Origin: Octopus vulgaris
Lineage: Eukaryota
DNA length: 64,000 nt
Direction: 5' to 3'
NCBI GenBank assembly: GCA_951406725.2
Contig: OX597822.1
Coordinates: 66,774,001 to 66,838,000, forward strand
Below, one piece after another: positions 15,126 through 27,950 of this stretch. The translations under genes and the position numbers were made by a program. The notes under the pieces were generated by a model. The model made no database searches, had not been told where the DNA came from, and saw only the letters and a program-made list of their open reading frames with translations. Position 1 is the first letter of the stretch. The number at the start of each line of letters is the position of its first letter.

Positions 15126-15451
15126 AAGCTCGATGGCAATAACTCGAGGTAAATTCTAAAGGGAGCTGACTAACGGAAAATTCGTGGGTTGTAGTAAAGG
15201 GAGGGAAGAGCGATCTAAAAATACGATTTCCCGCACATTTTTTTCTTGTTTATGTTATATTTATATCCGTTCATATTTTTTTTTACTTTATTTTACGAGG
15301 TTAACGTAACGTAATGAATGTTCGCTGGTCCGTGTCATGAGAGAATATTTTTAGCAAGAGATGGAGCCACAAAGCCAAAATAGCCGCGAGAGCTTTCGTG
15401 AATTTTCCTGCGTGTATCATAGGAGAGTTTAATGCTTTGTTCATATGTATA

Positions 15452-15495
<44 letters not shown>

Positions 15496-15914
15496 CTTCA
15501 TGGTTGAGTGTGTGTAGATGTTATATTTTTTAATTCATTAAACATGCATTATTTATATTATTTTTATAAATTTCATATCTTAACACATGCCCTACTCATA
15601 CATATGGAAGGAAGTTTTGCAGCGAAGAAGTAATAAAAAGAAATAGAGATATAGACGAAATGTGTGAGGAGTAAGAGGATGTGTAGAAATAGGGGCTTCG
15701 AAAAAAAGAATTTTTCCGAACAAAATATATCGAATATAGAACTTTAAAAGAAATATATACAAACCACAGAAAACCCTGTAAATATATTAAATCAAAACTT
15801 AAAATAAAGAACGAACCATATTGTATAACTTTGTCAAATTAGGGTTCAACATTGGGATTGATAGAAAATAACATCAATCATTTTTACAATAGACATAATA
15901 ATTATGTTGAAATA

Positions 15915-16760
15915 ATGATAATCTTTTCTACAGGAGGCACAAGGCCTCAGATTTGTGGGGAAGGGACCTATCGATAATATCGACCCAAATATTTTACTGG
16001 TACTAAATTTATCGATCCCGAAAGGATGAATTGCAAAGCTGACCTTCGCGGAAATTGAAATCAGAACGTAGCGACGGGTGAAACACCGCTAAGCATTTCG
16101 TCCAGTATGCTAATAATTCTACCAGCACGCCACCTACAAATGATAATAGTAATCGATATATTAATACAGTAGTAATCGATATGTTAATAGTAATCTATAT
16201 CTCAATAAATATATAATAGTAATCGATATAATAATAAATATCAAATACTATTAATAATGCTTACTGCTCTGATGGGCACAGGGCCTGAAACATTTAAGGA
16301 GGGCGTAGTCAATTACATCGACCCCAGTACGCTGCCAATAATGAATGTTATCGGCTAGGACAGGATCAAATGGAAAACCGACCACGTCGGAATTTGAAAG
16401 AGGATTGGAAAGCTGAAAGAGATCCCTGTAAGTATGTTGTTCGGCGTGATATAATTCTCGTAACCCAACGCCTTAAAAAAATATTACTAATAATAATAAT
16501 GATAATAATGATAATGATGATGATTTATTTTATAAGAATTATAATTATTTCTACACTAAGCAGAAGGCCTTGAAAATTTTGGGGGAAGGGAGCGAGTCAA
16601 TTACATCGACACCAGTGCGTAACTGGTACTCATTTCCTCGATTCCGATAGGAAGAAAGGTTAAATTCGACCACGGCGGAATTTGGACCCAGGACCTAGCG
16701 ACAAAAGAAGTAAGGCTAAGGATTTTGTCCGGCGTGCTAACGATTCTGCCAGCTCACCGC
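15915..16760 (-). mobile_element. Three family D SINEs in tandem, separated by (AAT)-rich repeats
   Basis: Three ggcacaaggcct...cgacccc...ctgccagc units. Confidence 0.8.
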
Positions 16761-16969
16761 TATAATAATAATAAAAATAATGAGGATAAGAAGACAGAGG
16801 AGGAGGACAAGGAGGAGGAGAAGAAGGAGAAGAAGAAAAAGAACAACAACAACAACAACAACAAAAATATTACCAATATAATTGTAGAAAAAGAACAAAA
16901 TACAATCATAATAAATCAAAGGCATGGAAAACATACAAAAATTTACATGAGATACATTTATATCACAAG

Positions 16970-17030
16970 ATATATATATGTATTTACATGTGTATGTGCG
17001 TGTGTGTCAGTACACACGTGTGCGTTTATG

Positions 17031-17079
<49 letters not shown>

Positions 17080-17224
17080 TTATATATAAAAACACACACA
17101 CACATATATATATATAGGTACATGCATTTATCTATATATATACATACAAATATATATATTTTTATGTATGTATATATATATATATATATATATGTATTTA
17201 TATATATATATATATGTATTTATT

Positions 17225-17272
<48 letters not shown>

Positions 17273-17444
17273 TACATATACATATATATATATAAGTACA
17301 TACGTACATGAATGCGTGCATGCTTATATGGAGTATGAGAGTATAATGGCGTATGTGATTATGTGCCTGTATTTACTTTTTAGGGTCTCTCCCGCTAGCA
17401 TAGAATAGTGATACATTTATTTTAGAGGTTAAGAAATAACATCG

Positions 17445-17489
<45 letters not shown>

Positions 17490-18030
17490 GAGACGTACAT
17501 ACACGCACAAGCATATTATAAAATTCTGTTATGCATATACATAAATGTACTTCATAGATAAATGCTCGCATGCATGCCTGCATGCATATATACAAGTAGC
17601 TCGTAAGAATGATTTAACATGTATGTTCCCATAGACACAAGACCTTCCTGAACATTGTCTCATACATAACTAACATAAATAACATTTTATGTTTGTGTGT
17701 GTATTCAATGACTTGGCAAGTTCAGGAATGTTGAAGAGTGGATGTGAAAATATTCGTTGCTCTAACGTATGTCAAACTACGTGTGAGTGCCGGGGTGAGC
17801 GTGTGGGGCTTTCGTGTTAGTGTGCGCGTTCGTTATGCCCTCGCGTGTGTAAGCGTATATGCCTTCAGCGTATGTGCGCCCGCCGTTACGTAGCTTTAGG
17901 TGTATAACAGTATCTCCTCACGTATCTATATCTGTGCGTGTGTGGGTGTACAGAGATCTGTGTTTCTCCCTGCATTGCGAACATAAATGGTGTTATGATG
18001 GGGAGGATTAAAATTTATGTGGGTGTCTAA

Positions 18031-18099
<69 letters not shown>

Positions 18100-18127
18100 C
18101 ATACATATATACATACATACATACATG

Positions 18128-18169
<42 letters not shown>

Positions 18170-18205
18170 TACATACATACATACATACGTACATACATGT
18201 TCATA

Positions 18206-18237
<32 letters not shown>

Positions 18238-18330
18238 CATACATATTTGTTCATATATATACACACACACACATATATATATATATACGTATATATATAT
18301 ATATATATATACATATTTGTTCATATATAT

Positions 18331-18372
<42 letters not shown>

Positions 18373-18542
18373 GTATATATACGTATATATATATATATAT
18401 ATATATATATACGTATATATACGTATATATATATATACATACATATTTGTTCATATATATACACATATATATATACGTATATATACATATATATATACAT
18501 ACATATTTGTTCATACATATACACACATATATATACGTATAT

Positions 18543-18579
<37 letters not shown>

Positions 18580-18620
18580 CGTATATACGTATATATACAC
18601 ACATATATACATATACATAC
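16970..18620. repeat. Compound (TA)n/(CA)n microsatellites with a higher-order unit (acatatttgttcatatatatacac)
   Basis: Directly visible. Confidence 0.9.
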
Positions 18621-19005
18621 GCAGAGATTTATTATTGTTTGTTTCTCCTCTTTCGAAATCAGGGAAATCAGTGTGTCACTGGAAAAAGCATATAGCATTT
18701 TGCGTTTAGAATGACTTTTCATCGCTTGGTTGTGTTTGTCACATGCTGATGACGTTTACTTACCCAGAAATTCGGGTCTAAGTGTATCACGTAAGGTTAG
18801 AGATGGGAACGATGAATTTTACCTTCGCAAATACTAATAGGACACAGAGAGTATGTCGTTCCACAAGTGGAAGAGATGTCTTCCTGCAGCTATAAACAAC
18901 AGTAGCATCGTCTCCTAAGGGTCTGCAACATTTAGGTGGCAAATGTTTCTTCACGATTCCGTGCTGCTACTGTTTACTTCTGGCTCAGAGATTTATTATT
19001 GCATG

Positions 19006-19056
<51 letters not shown>

Positions 19057-19081
19057 GTATGTATGTATGTATGTATATATA

Positions 19082-19243
19082 AGGCAGGTTTCTTTCACTA
19101 TCCGTCTACCAAAACCACTCGCAAGACTTTGGTCGGCCCCTGGCTAGAGTAGAATACTGTAACCCAAGGATCCACGCACTGGACTGAACCCGGAACCACG
19201 TGGCTGGTAAGCAAGTTACTTACGATACAGCTACTCTTTCGCC
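19082..19243 (-). mobile_element. SINE family A, 5' half
   Basis: ccgtctacc...ggactgaacccggaacca...aagcaagttacttac. Confidence 0.75.
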
Positions 19244-19762
19244 TTTTCAAATCGGATAATCTGACAATGATGGCGACGAAAACTTCGTGAGCAGCAACTT
19301 TGCGAATTTTTATTCGTTACAGTGTGTGCTTTACTTGTTCGGTTATTTATAGAATTTGGAGGATATTCTGGCGTTGGAAAACCACTTCAAGCTCACATAC
19401 ATTGGATGGAAATCACCTATCATCTTCCAATTAAAATATGATATCATAATTCCACTGATAATGATATCATGTATTGGGGCCTTGATTATCCCTCTTAACA
19501 GCTTACCACAGCTGGATAAACGGGGCAATTTCTCCCTGAGTGGGTTGCTCTTCTATCCGTCTCGAGGTCTTGTAAATCCACTTCACAAGTTATTTATGCG
19601 ATATTCACTTATCTACTCTGCTCTTCTACTTTACATCCCTGCTGTTTGACTGTTTATGTATCACAGTAATAAAAATGATAGCAAAAAATGTATACTTTCT
19701 ACAGCCTGTGCCCTGATCTACCCTGGATTAATTCTGAATGACCATGGACACACATATACATG

Positions 19763-19804
<42 letters not shown>

Positions 19805-19806
<2 letters not shown>

Positions 19807-20110
19807 GATGCGCAATGGCTCAGTGGTTAGGGCAGCGGACTCGTGGTCGGAGGTTCGCGGTTTCGATTCCCTGGGCGTTTTGTTTCTTTTTTTAAGCGAA
19901 GACACCAAAAAGAAAAAACTCCACGCGTATCCGGCGACCCCTGTTGCACTCTTTCACTACAACTGTCTCTCACTTTCTCTTCCTGTTTCTTGAGTAACGC
20001 TGCGATGGACTGGCGTCCCGTCCAGCTGGAGGGAACACATACGCCACAGAAACCGGGAAACCGGGCCCTTGAGCCTGGCTAGGCTCGAAATGAACGACAT
20101 TTATCGCTTT
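19805..20110 (+). mobile_element. SINE family B
   Basis: Homologous to 6785-7105. Confidence 0.85.
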
Positions 20111-20516
20111 TATATGGATATATATATGCGTCCTCGCTTGTATATAGCTGTATACGCCCTGTAAGTAAACTCATTTGTTGATGTGACTTTATGTACATGT
20201 GTGAATATGTCTGTATATCTTGTGCTTTATACATATGTAGATGAGTATCTGTGTTTTTGATCGCCTGCGTTTGTTTATATTTATACCAATTTAACTGCCT
20301 TTGTCTATGCATGTCTGTGACTTTCTTATTAATTACCTCTTTCTACATGTATGTTGTCGTGCACTTGTGTCCCTGTGTATGTTTCAGGACCAATATCTTG
20401 TGCATGCATTAAAATGAAAAAAAAAAAAAAAGTTATGGGTGTGTAAAAATGTTGGTATAGTCTTTCCCAACCGTCTGCGTCTTCTGAGAAAGTATACACC
20501 ATTAGTAGTTTGGTTT

Positions 20517-20560
<44 letters not shown>

Positions 20561-20582
20561 ATGTCTAGAGAACTCACATGTA

Positions 20583-20673
20583 TTTTAGCTGATGAGTACA
20601 GGACACGTTTATATGCTGTAATTTTTGCAACTTTTAATAAAGCCTGTCCTTGTATGAAACGATTGTACTAAAA
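20583..20673 (+). ncRNA. Type I hammerhead ribozyme motif
   Basis: TTTTAG-CTGATGA-GTACAGGACA..TGTCCTTGTAT-GAAA-CGATTG-TA-CTAAAA: complete catalytic core, 6-bp stem I, ~10-bp stem II, short stem III, GUA cleavage triplet. Confidence 0.75.
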
Positions 20674-21017
20674 ACCTATCCATTCTTGTTGCTTCTTTCT
20701 CGCTTATATATATGTATATATATATATGGATATGAAACCGAGAAGATGTCAAGTTTTAATTTCAAGAATGAGATGTAGTGTTAAAGACGTTGAAGATAAA
20801 AAAAAAAAAATCCTGTCTGAAAAGAGGAGATAGCAGCGGAGGAATTAAATGGAAAGAGAGATGATTGATCAAGTTAAGGAAATAACAAGAAAAGAGACAA
20901 TGAAAGAACTCTTTAGATATCTAAGAAACTGAATAGACTACATAATACTAGTCACGGGCTTCAATCAATATCGGTGTTTAATGATTTTGGGGTTATTATT
21001 ATTATTATTATTATTAT

Positions 21018-21064
<47 letters not shown>

Positions 21065-21106
21065 TTTTCATTATTATTGTTATTATCATTATTATATAAT
21101 CTTGAA

Positions 21107-21270
21107 GGCGGTGAGCTGGTACACTCGTTAGCACGCTGGACTAAATGCATAACGGTATTTCGCTCGTCGATACGTCCTGAGTTCAAATTCTACCGGGTTC
21201 GACTTTACCTTTCATCCTTTCGGGGTCGATAAATTAAGTACCAGTCAAGCACTGGATCAATGTAATCGAA
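21107..21270 (+). mobile_element. SINE family D, 3'-truncated, downstream of (TTA)n(GTA)n
   Basis: ggcggtgagctgg head plus core. Confidence 0.8.
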
Positions 21271-21429
21271 AAAAAACTGAATATCATGGCACGGGGAAAT
21301 GTAATGTTATACATAATGTATTTCAGAAGAGGAAAGAGGAGTAATTGAGAGCGCTCGAGAGGAATTGGTAGTCCTACCAATCAGATCAGAGCATAGAAAC
21401 TGTTATACAAGTGTCAATAAGATCAGACA

Positions 21430-22093
21430 GTGGACACAATACGATTCTGGACGAAAGGTAAAGCAGTGTAATCTAAACCAACCTGTCTAAAAATGTTGCT
21501 TGAATGTGTCGCGAAAGCAATGATTGACAACAAGCAGCACACTGTTGTCGATTCTTTGGCGACAGCTCGCAAGGGACCTATTTTCCAGCCACTGAAACCT
21601 TTCTAATGTGTTTTAGCTGGCGTACCACGGTTGTATGGGCCACGTTTTACTGTTATGCAAGTTCTCTAGTGGTAACGGTTAGGGTTCTCTGAAACAAGAC
21701 CTTCCAAGATTTCGGAATCAAGTTTTTTGGACGAACCTCTTTTGGCTCTTCTTTCAAAGTGAAATCACCACTTGGGAAACGGGAAAACCACCTCCTGCAC
21801 CTTCTTTCATTCACTACATCATCCCCTATGTTCTCTGAATAGATTTTGCTGCCGAACTTACATTAACACTTTTATGAAACTCGGAGAGTAAAACATTTAT
21901 GTGACCTTTAGATGGGACAAACGTGGTGGTAAAATTTCCTGAGAATTATGGCCAGAAGTTAGATAATCTGAAAGAATATATTACAAATTAGACACAACGA
22001 TATCTTAAAATTATAATAAAACTTTAGAAAATTGATAAATTCGCTCTGAAAAAATATTTCTAGAAATCGGCCATTACATTTGCACCAACCTGA
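21430..22093 (-). mobile_element. Mariner transposon, 5' half, pseudogenised
   Basis: TA + TIR-like tcaggttggtgcaaatgtaatgg; manual translation RRWFSRFPSGDFTLKEE...TTRELA...TTVVRQLKHIRKV...*VPCELS (WVPHEL-like). Confidence 0.75.
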
Positions 22094-22574
22094 TATAAAC
22101 ACAATCATACGCGCATATTTTGTAGTATTAATGGATCTAGAAATGGTAAGTTGTCGTTGTAATATTTGTATTTGATATTATATTGTCGCCTGTCTCGGTA
22201 GTGTTGGTACAGTCGTTAATTTTAGCGTCGTTAAAAATGTAGTTTTAGTTGTAGAGTTGTAAATACTATTGATGACGCTGGTGAAGTAGTTATCCGAGAT
22301 ATTGATGGTGCTTATGCTACTGTAGAGGAAGGTGTCAATGTTTACACCACAGGGAGCCAGACGATAATGAAACAGAACTATCAGGGCATCATCAGTTGAA
22401 ATCTGGAAGCAATGATTAGAAAAGAGGTATTAAAAACCAATTAAGGTTCTTTTAGACATTAATCTCATCTGCCACATTTCCCGCCTCCCTTCCATCGCTG
22501 AGATTCTTTAACCAATGCACTTTGTTTAAAAGATCTCACGTACGTACATATACACATCCGTACTTATGCACGCA

Positions 22575-22612
22575 GACATGTATACGTATGTGTGTGTATT
22601 TATATATGTATA

Positions 22613-22650
<38 letters not shown>

Positions 22651-22804
22651 TGTATATGTATATATGTATGTATGTATATGTATATATGTATGTATATATG
22701 TATGTATGTATATGTATATATGTATGTATATATGTATGTATATGTATATATGTATGTATATGTATGTATATGTATATGTATGTATGTATATGTATGTATG
22801 TATG

Positions 22805-22838
<34 letters not shown>

Positions 22839-23050
22839 TATGTTTGTATATATATATATGTATGTATATATATATATGTATGTATGTATGTATGTATATA
22901 TATATATGTATGTATGTATATGTATGTATGTATATATATATATATGTATATATATATATGTATATATATATATGTATATATATATATGTATGTATATGTA
23001 TGTCTGTATATGTATGTATGTATATATATATATATGTATGTATATGTATG

Positions 23051-23093
<43 letters not shown>

Positions 23094-23128
23094 ATGTATG
23101 TATGTATGTATATGTATATGTATGTATG

Positions 23129-23159
<31 letters not shown>

Positions 23160-23401
23160 ATGTATGTATGTATGTATATATATATGTATGTATGTATATA
23201 TATATTTACATAACTGTTAAAATATGTACACACACGCGCACATATATAAAATACAAAAATATGTGTAAGTTTCTGTATGTGTTTGCGCATCCGTGTGTGT
23301 CAACGTATTTGTGATTGTAGTGTAATAGCTGGATATACGATACTCAAGATTTATGTTATACCTAACTGTATACATGGGTACATATATACTCATACATATC
23401 A

Positions 23402-23432
<31 letters not shown>

Positions 23433-23479
23433 CATATAGGTGCGTGTACGTGACCGTATGTTTAGATTTGTACGTGTAC

Positions 23480-23518
<39 letters not shown>

Positions 23519-23577
23519 ATACATACATAGGTTATGACTTAATTTCTCATAAATTCTCCGAAATATAATAACAGGCT

Positions 23578-23670
<93 letters not shown>
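22575..23670. repeat. Long compound (TATG)n/(TA)n/(TG)n microsatellite region
   Basis: Directly visible; source of several spurious >200-aa ORFs. Confidence 0.95.
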
Positions 23671-24220
23671 ATATATACGCATACATAAGGAGAGAGGATA
23701 ATTGAGAGGGGAGGGAAAGAAAGAAAGAGAGAAAAAAAAAAGAGAAAGGAGGATATCTGCACATTATTGGACAAGAAAGAAAGTATCTTTACAAGTGCGT
23801 ATTCATAAAAAAATAGACACGTGACAAAATCCTAAGTCACTTCTTAAATTCATACTGAAATTGGAGAGAGGAAAGATCATATGATGTATATTAAAATGTG
23901 TTATATTAATATTTAATATTATATCTATTCTAACGCCTCCTTTTGATTTAAAAGGCGAGAAAGCTAGATTTAATTGAATTTTGATAATATTTCTGTGTGT
24001 TATATATATATTTTAGATAACCTCAGTAATGTAGAAAACTAGAAAACGGCGAATTGGCAGAACGTTTAGTGAATTGTTCTAAATAAGCAGTTACGTGTTT
24101 GAATCATTTTCACTTCCTTTGCATTCATAATATCTTTGCAATAATACCTGGCCGATTTTTTCGAGAGCAGCATTTTAGCCGTCCTATGCAATGTCTTTGC
24201 GTTTAAAAAAATGTCTATTT

Positions 24221-24342
24221 GTAGCAGTATAACCCGGCTTTGCCCGGGATTAAGTTAGGTTTATTAAGCTAATCAAGTTCTTTATTTCAAAACAAACTAT
24301 GTAACATCGACGTCAAATATGGGCGAAATCCGATGAAATTGG

Positions 24343-24375
<33 letters not shown>

Positions 24376-24455
24376 GCAACACACACACATACACACTACA
24401 CACTCACACATACACGCACGTACGTACACCTATTGCATACATATTTTTGTACGCA

Positions 24456-24495
<40 letters not shown>

Positions 24496-24731
24496 CGCGT
24501 TGCCTGTATATCAACAAAACGCTATTTTCCTCGATAGAGACAACAACAAAAGTCTTAACAAAAACTTACTCGTCACTAGGAGGGGACTTAACTCCTGTTT
24601 GCAAACATTGGTGATTTCTCCGACTTGAAAATTGTTAAAAGTTTTGGTTGAAAATTTATTTTTACTGCTAGTCACTGGTGCCTTTTATATATACATGCCT
24701 TTTATATATCCTGCCTTTTATATATACAGAT
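24221..24731 (+). mobile_element. Non-autonomous Helitron/Helentron-like (HINE/DINE-1-like) element
   Basis: 5' tagcagtataacccggctttgcccggg hairpin, inverted tactgcta at 24663-24670, internal microsatellite, 3' ttttatatatacagat. Confidence 0.45.
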
Positions 24732-24922
24732 CATATATAGGGCGCGATCACTTTAATTAAAATCTGGAATTTGGAGCAGTTATATCAATCTCAATTGTTA
24801 GTAAAATTAGAATGCTTCGTTTTCTCTATACATAGAAAATATTTTTGTTTTCAAAGAAAATGGCGTAACTCATAGTTCACTGATCTTTAGTTTAGATGGT
24901 ATCTAACTTGATGCGTCACATA

Positions 24923-25136
24923 TGAGATGTACTGAAAAGTTCTTGGCTCTGGTTAAAAGAAAATGCAGGATATTCAATTGATTATGATTTTATTCAATAT
25001 GTTCCCCTCTGAGATTCATAATTATTGCAGCGGGTCATCAGTTTTTCTAAGCCCAGTAAAAGAACTCGGAAGGCTGGGCCTCCTGCCAGGCCTTCCGCGA
25101 TACACTTAAGGCCAGGAACTTTTCAGTACATCCTTG
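24923..25136. mobile_element. Mariner-derived MITE
   Basis: TIRs gatgtactgaaaagttcttggc / gccaggaacttttcagtacatc (21/22 match); no coding capacity. Confidence 0.8.
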
Positions 25137-25702
25137 AATGTTCTTTTAAGACAGGTAGATCTTTCAGGCCATCAAGTGGTTTGCTATACATCATTCTCTG
25201 AAACAAAAAAGAAAGTGGCACACAATTTCTGAAATTTGTTGAATCACGATTGATTAAACTCCTCTCAACCTAACGACTTTTACTTACCTTCATATTCGCA
25301 GGGAAATAGAATACAGATGACTATCCTAACCGCAAAAGTTCTAAACACATATAAAAACAAAGAATTCTGCTCGACACTACAAATTTCGCAAATTCACAGC
25401 CATAGTTTATAACAATAAAAGAAAGTAAGGAGTTTATAAAAAGTGGCACGGCCTATGTGATACAATAGCATACACTAATGCTTAACTCTTTGCTTTCTGA
25501 GGTCAAATCCTACAGAAACCATTTCTTATTTTCATTTTTCTGGTACAATGAAATAAATACGAATCTTGTACTTGATTATGTATTGTTTTCCAACCATCGC
25601 CACGCAATTGGCTTCCTGTGCTTAAATTTGAAATTATCATTATTCGTAGTAGTAGGAGAAGGAAATAAAGGAGATAGATGATGATGACGACTAATACAGG
25701 TA

Positions 25703-26047
25703 AAAGTTAAAGACTCCCTTCGGTCATGAATGACCATGGGATTGCACCTAGAAAGTTACCCTCCTAGACACAAGTCCGGGCAAGGTTGTTTATGGAAGAC
25801 CAGCAGTCGCCCATGCATACCAGCCTCCCCTCTCCACGCCACCAGTGTTATCCAAGGGAAAGACAAATGTCGATACAGCTTGGCACCTGTGACGTCGCAA
25901 CTCATTTCTACAGCTGAGTGAACTGGAGCAACGTGAAAAATAAAGTGCTTTGCTCAAGAACACAACACGCAGCCCGGACCGGGATTCGAGCTCACGACCT
26001 CACGATCGTAAGCTCGACGCTCTAACCACTGAGCCATGCGCCTTCAC
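25703..26047 (-). mobile_element. tRNA-derived CORE-type SINE family C (OR2-like)
   Basis: Head gtgaaggcgcatggctcagtgg, CORE-like gttgtgttcttgagcaa..cacgttgctccagttcactcagctg; short flanking repeat acaggta. Confidence 0.85.
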
Positions 26048-27746
26048 AGGTACTGTCATTAATGTTATGTCTACTAAACTGGATGATACAGAATATGACA
26101 AAGTGATTACAAACGGCTACATGTACACAATAATACGCGTGCAAACTGTTAAATATTTAGTACAGACTGTAGTATAAACGAAAGGTTGAAAGATTGATTT
26201 CTAAGTATTTTCAGGGCACCCCACGACTGTCAAATTCTGGTGAGACTACACTTTCCACAAATATATTCCTCTGAACTAGTCCGAGGTTTCTCCAACTTCT
26301 TTCGAGTTACGAAGAACCATCATCACGTGCGTTGTTCAACATATGTATTGAAGTAGAATTACTAACGGTTTCACCAGTTTTTCTATTTTCTTGTACATGC
26401 AGGTTGTTTTTGTCGACTCTTATTTCCTTCGCAATTTGGTACAGTAGCACTTTTGCTCATAAAAACCCCTATTCACATATTCTATAAAATCTCATTGTCT
26501 GAATATTGAACATCCCAATATGTTCTACACCTCCAGCCTTTTCCCTCAGTTTAATTTTGCGTTTTTTCTCCAACCTCTCTAGTTCAATTGTTCCCAGTTT
26601 CCCGCTACACGTTCTAGAGAGAAACAAAAGGCTAATTATGTAAATTTTCTTAACCCTGTTCAAGATATTTCACGAAGGCATAACATTCAGCTATTTGAAC
26701 TAGAATTACTTTACATGAAATCTGTGAATTATTTTTTTACTATAGCGTAAAAGAAGAAGCTACTTGGATGTACGTTTTCTGACTGTAATGTGGCCACGTT
26801 CTTTTCATTTTCTCAGGTGTATTTGCTGTGCCTGTGTACAGTTGTGTCTCCGTGTATATTTGTGTGTAGTGGAAGTATCTATAGAAAATGGAATGAGAGA
26901 AGAAAACCACAGAATATAAAAGCAGCATGATTTTCATTATTGCACAGTCGACAAAACAAGGTACGAGTCAATAATTTATGTACATCACGAATTTTATTGC
27001 CTATGTAAAGTTTCATAATTCAAAATTACATTTTCGCAATACATATGTTGCATTGTATGCCCGAGAATAAAAATCAATATATCTCCGAAGAATAAAGTGG
27101 GCAATTTCTCTACATACTTATATATACGCTGAGGCCACTTAAAAGAACACTCGTATATAATCTTAAGTGGTACATAAATTATTAATATTTAGTGACCATG
27201 TTTACTATAAGCATGCTCTTGAAGCCGTTCGTTTATGGAAGCGAGGATTATACTTACATGCTTCTAGGAAGCACATTAAACACATATATGTTGTACTGAA
27301 AGGTATAAATATATGAAATATATATTATGATTTAATGGCGTTTGTTTCATTAAGCGGTTCTGGTAAGTGTTCAAAGTACAATAGAATAATCAATTCCAAT
27401 TTATATTGTTTTGAAAACGGTATTAAGATAAATAAGGGAGTTTTATATCGACAATTTTATATCTTTATTCCTCGCCTATAAAGAATTTAAGGACTTGGTA
27501 TTATTTGAACTTGATAAGGTTAAAAGCTAAGAGGAGCGGCCATTTTTTGAACAAATCCACAAGAGGAATTACACATATTGCTATTAATCCTAATAGTTGG
27601 AAAATTTGATATTATTGATCTATAAGTTTATATCCAGTAAATATTGCTATTAACTCAAAAAGATAGACTCAGGGGCTTCCGCACAATCCAATTGATTACA
27701 TAAATACTTAAAAGCATATTGATATCATACTTCTGAAAATAACCGC

Positions 27747-27802
<56 letters not shown>

Positions 27803-27950
27803 TGTGTATTAATTCAATGAAAATTACACATGCGGAAATACAAATATCTAAATGGATATCATTTTATATACACACGCACTCACACACACACACGCACGCG
27901 CACGCACACACACACACACACACACACACGTGTGTGTGTGTGTGTGTATA

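Noticed and set aside
19343-19649. 97-aa hydrophobic ORF / possible LINE endonuclease remnant on the minus strand
   Set aside because: Motif similarity too weak to call either
26469-26663. Minus-strand acceptor (cttttgtttctctctag) and 64-aa ORF
   Set aside because: No recognisable protein and no convincing donor
26817-26960. Plus-strand exon candidate (ttttcattttctcag| ... aag|gtacga)
   Set aside because: Stops in all three frames and a weak donor; could be a UTR exon but unsupported
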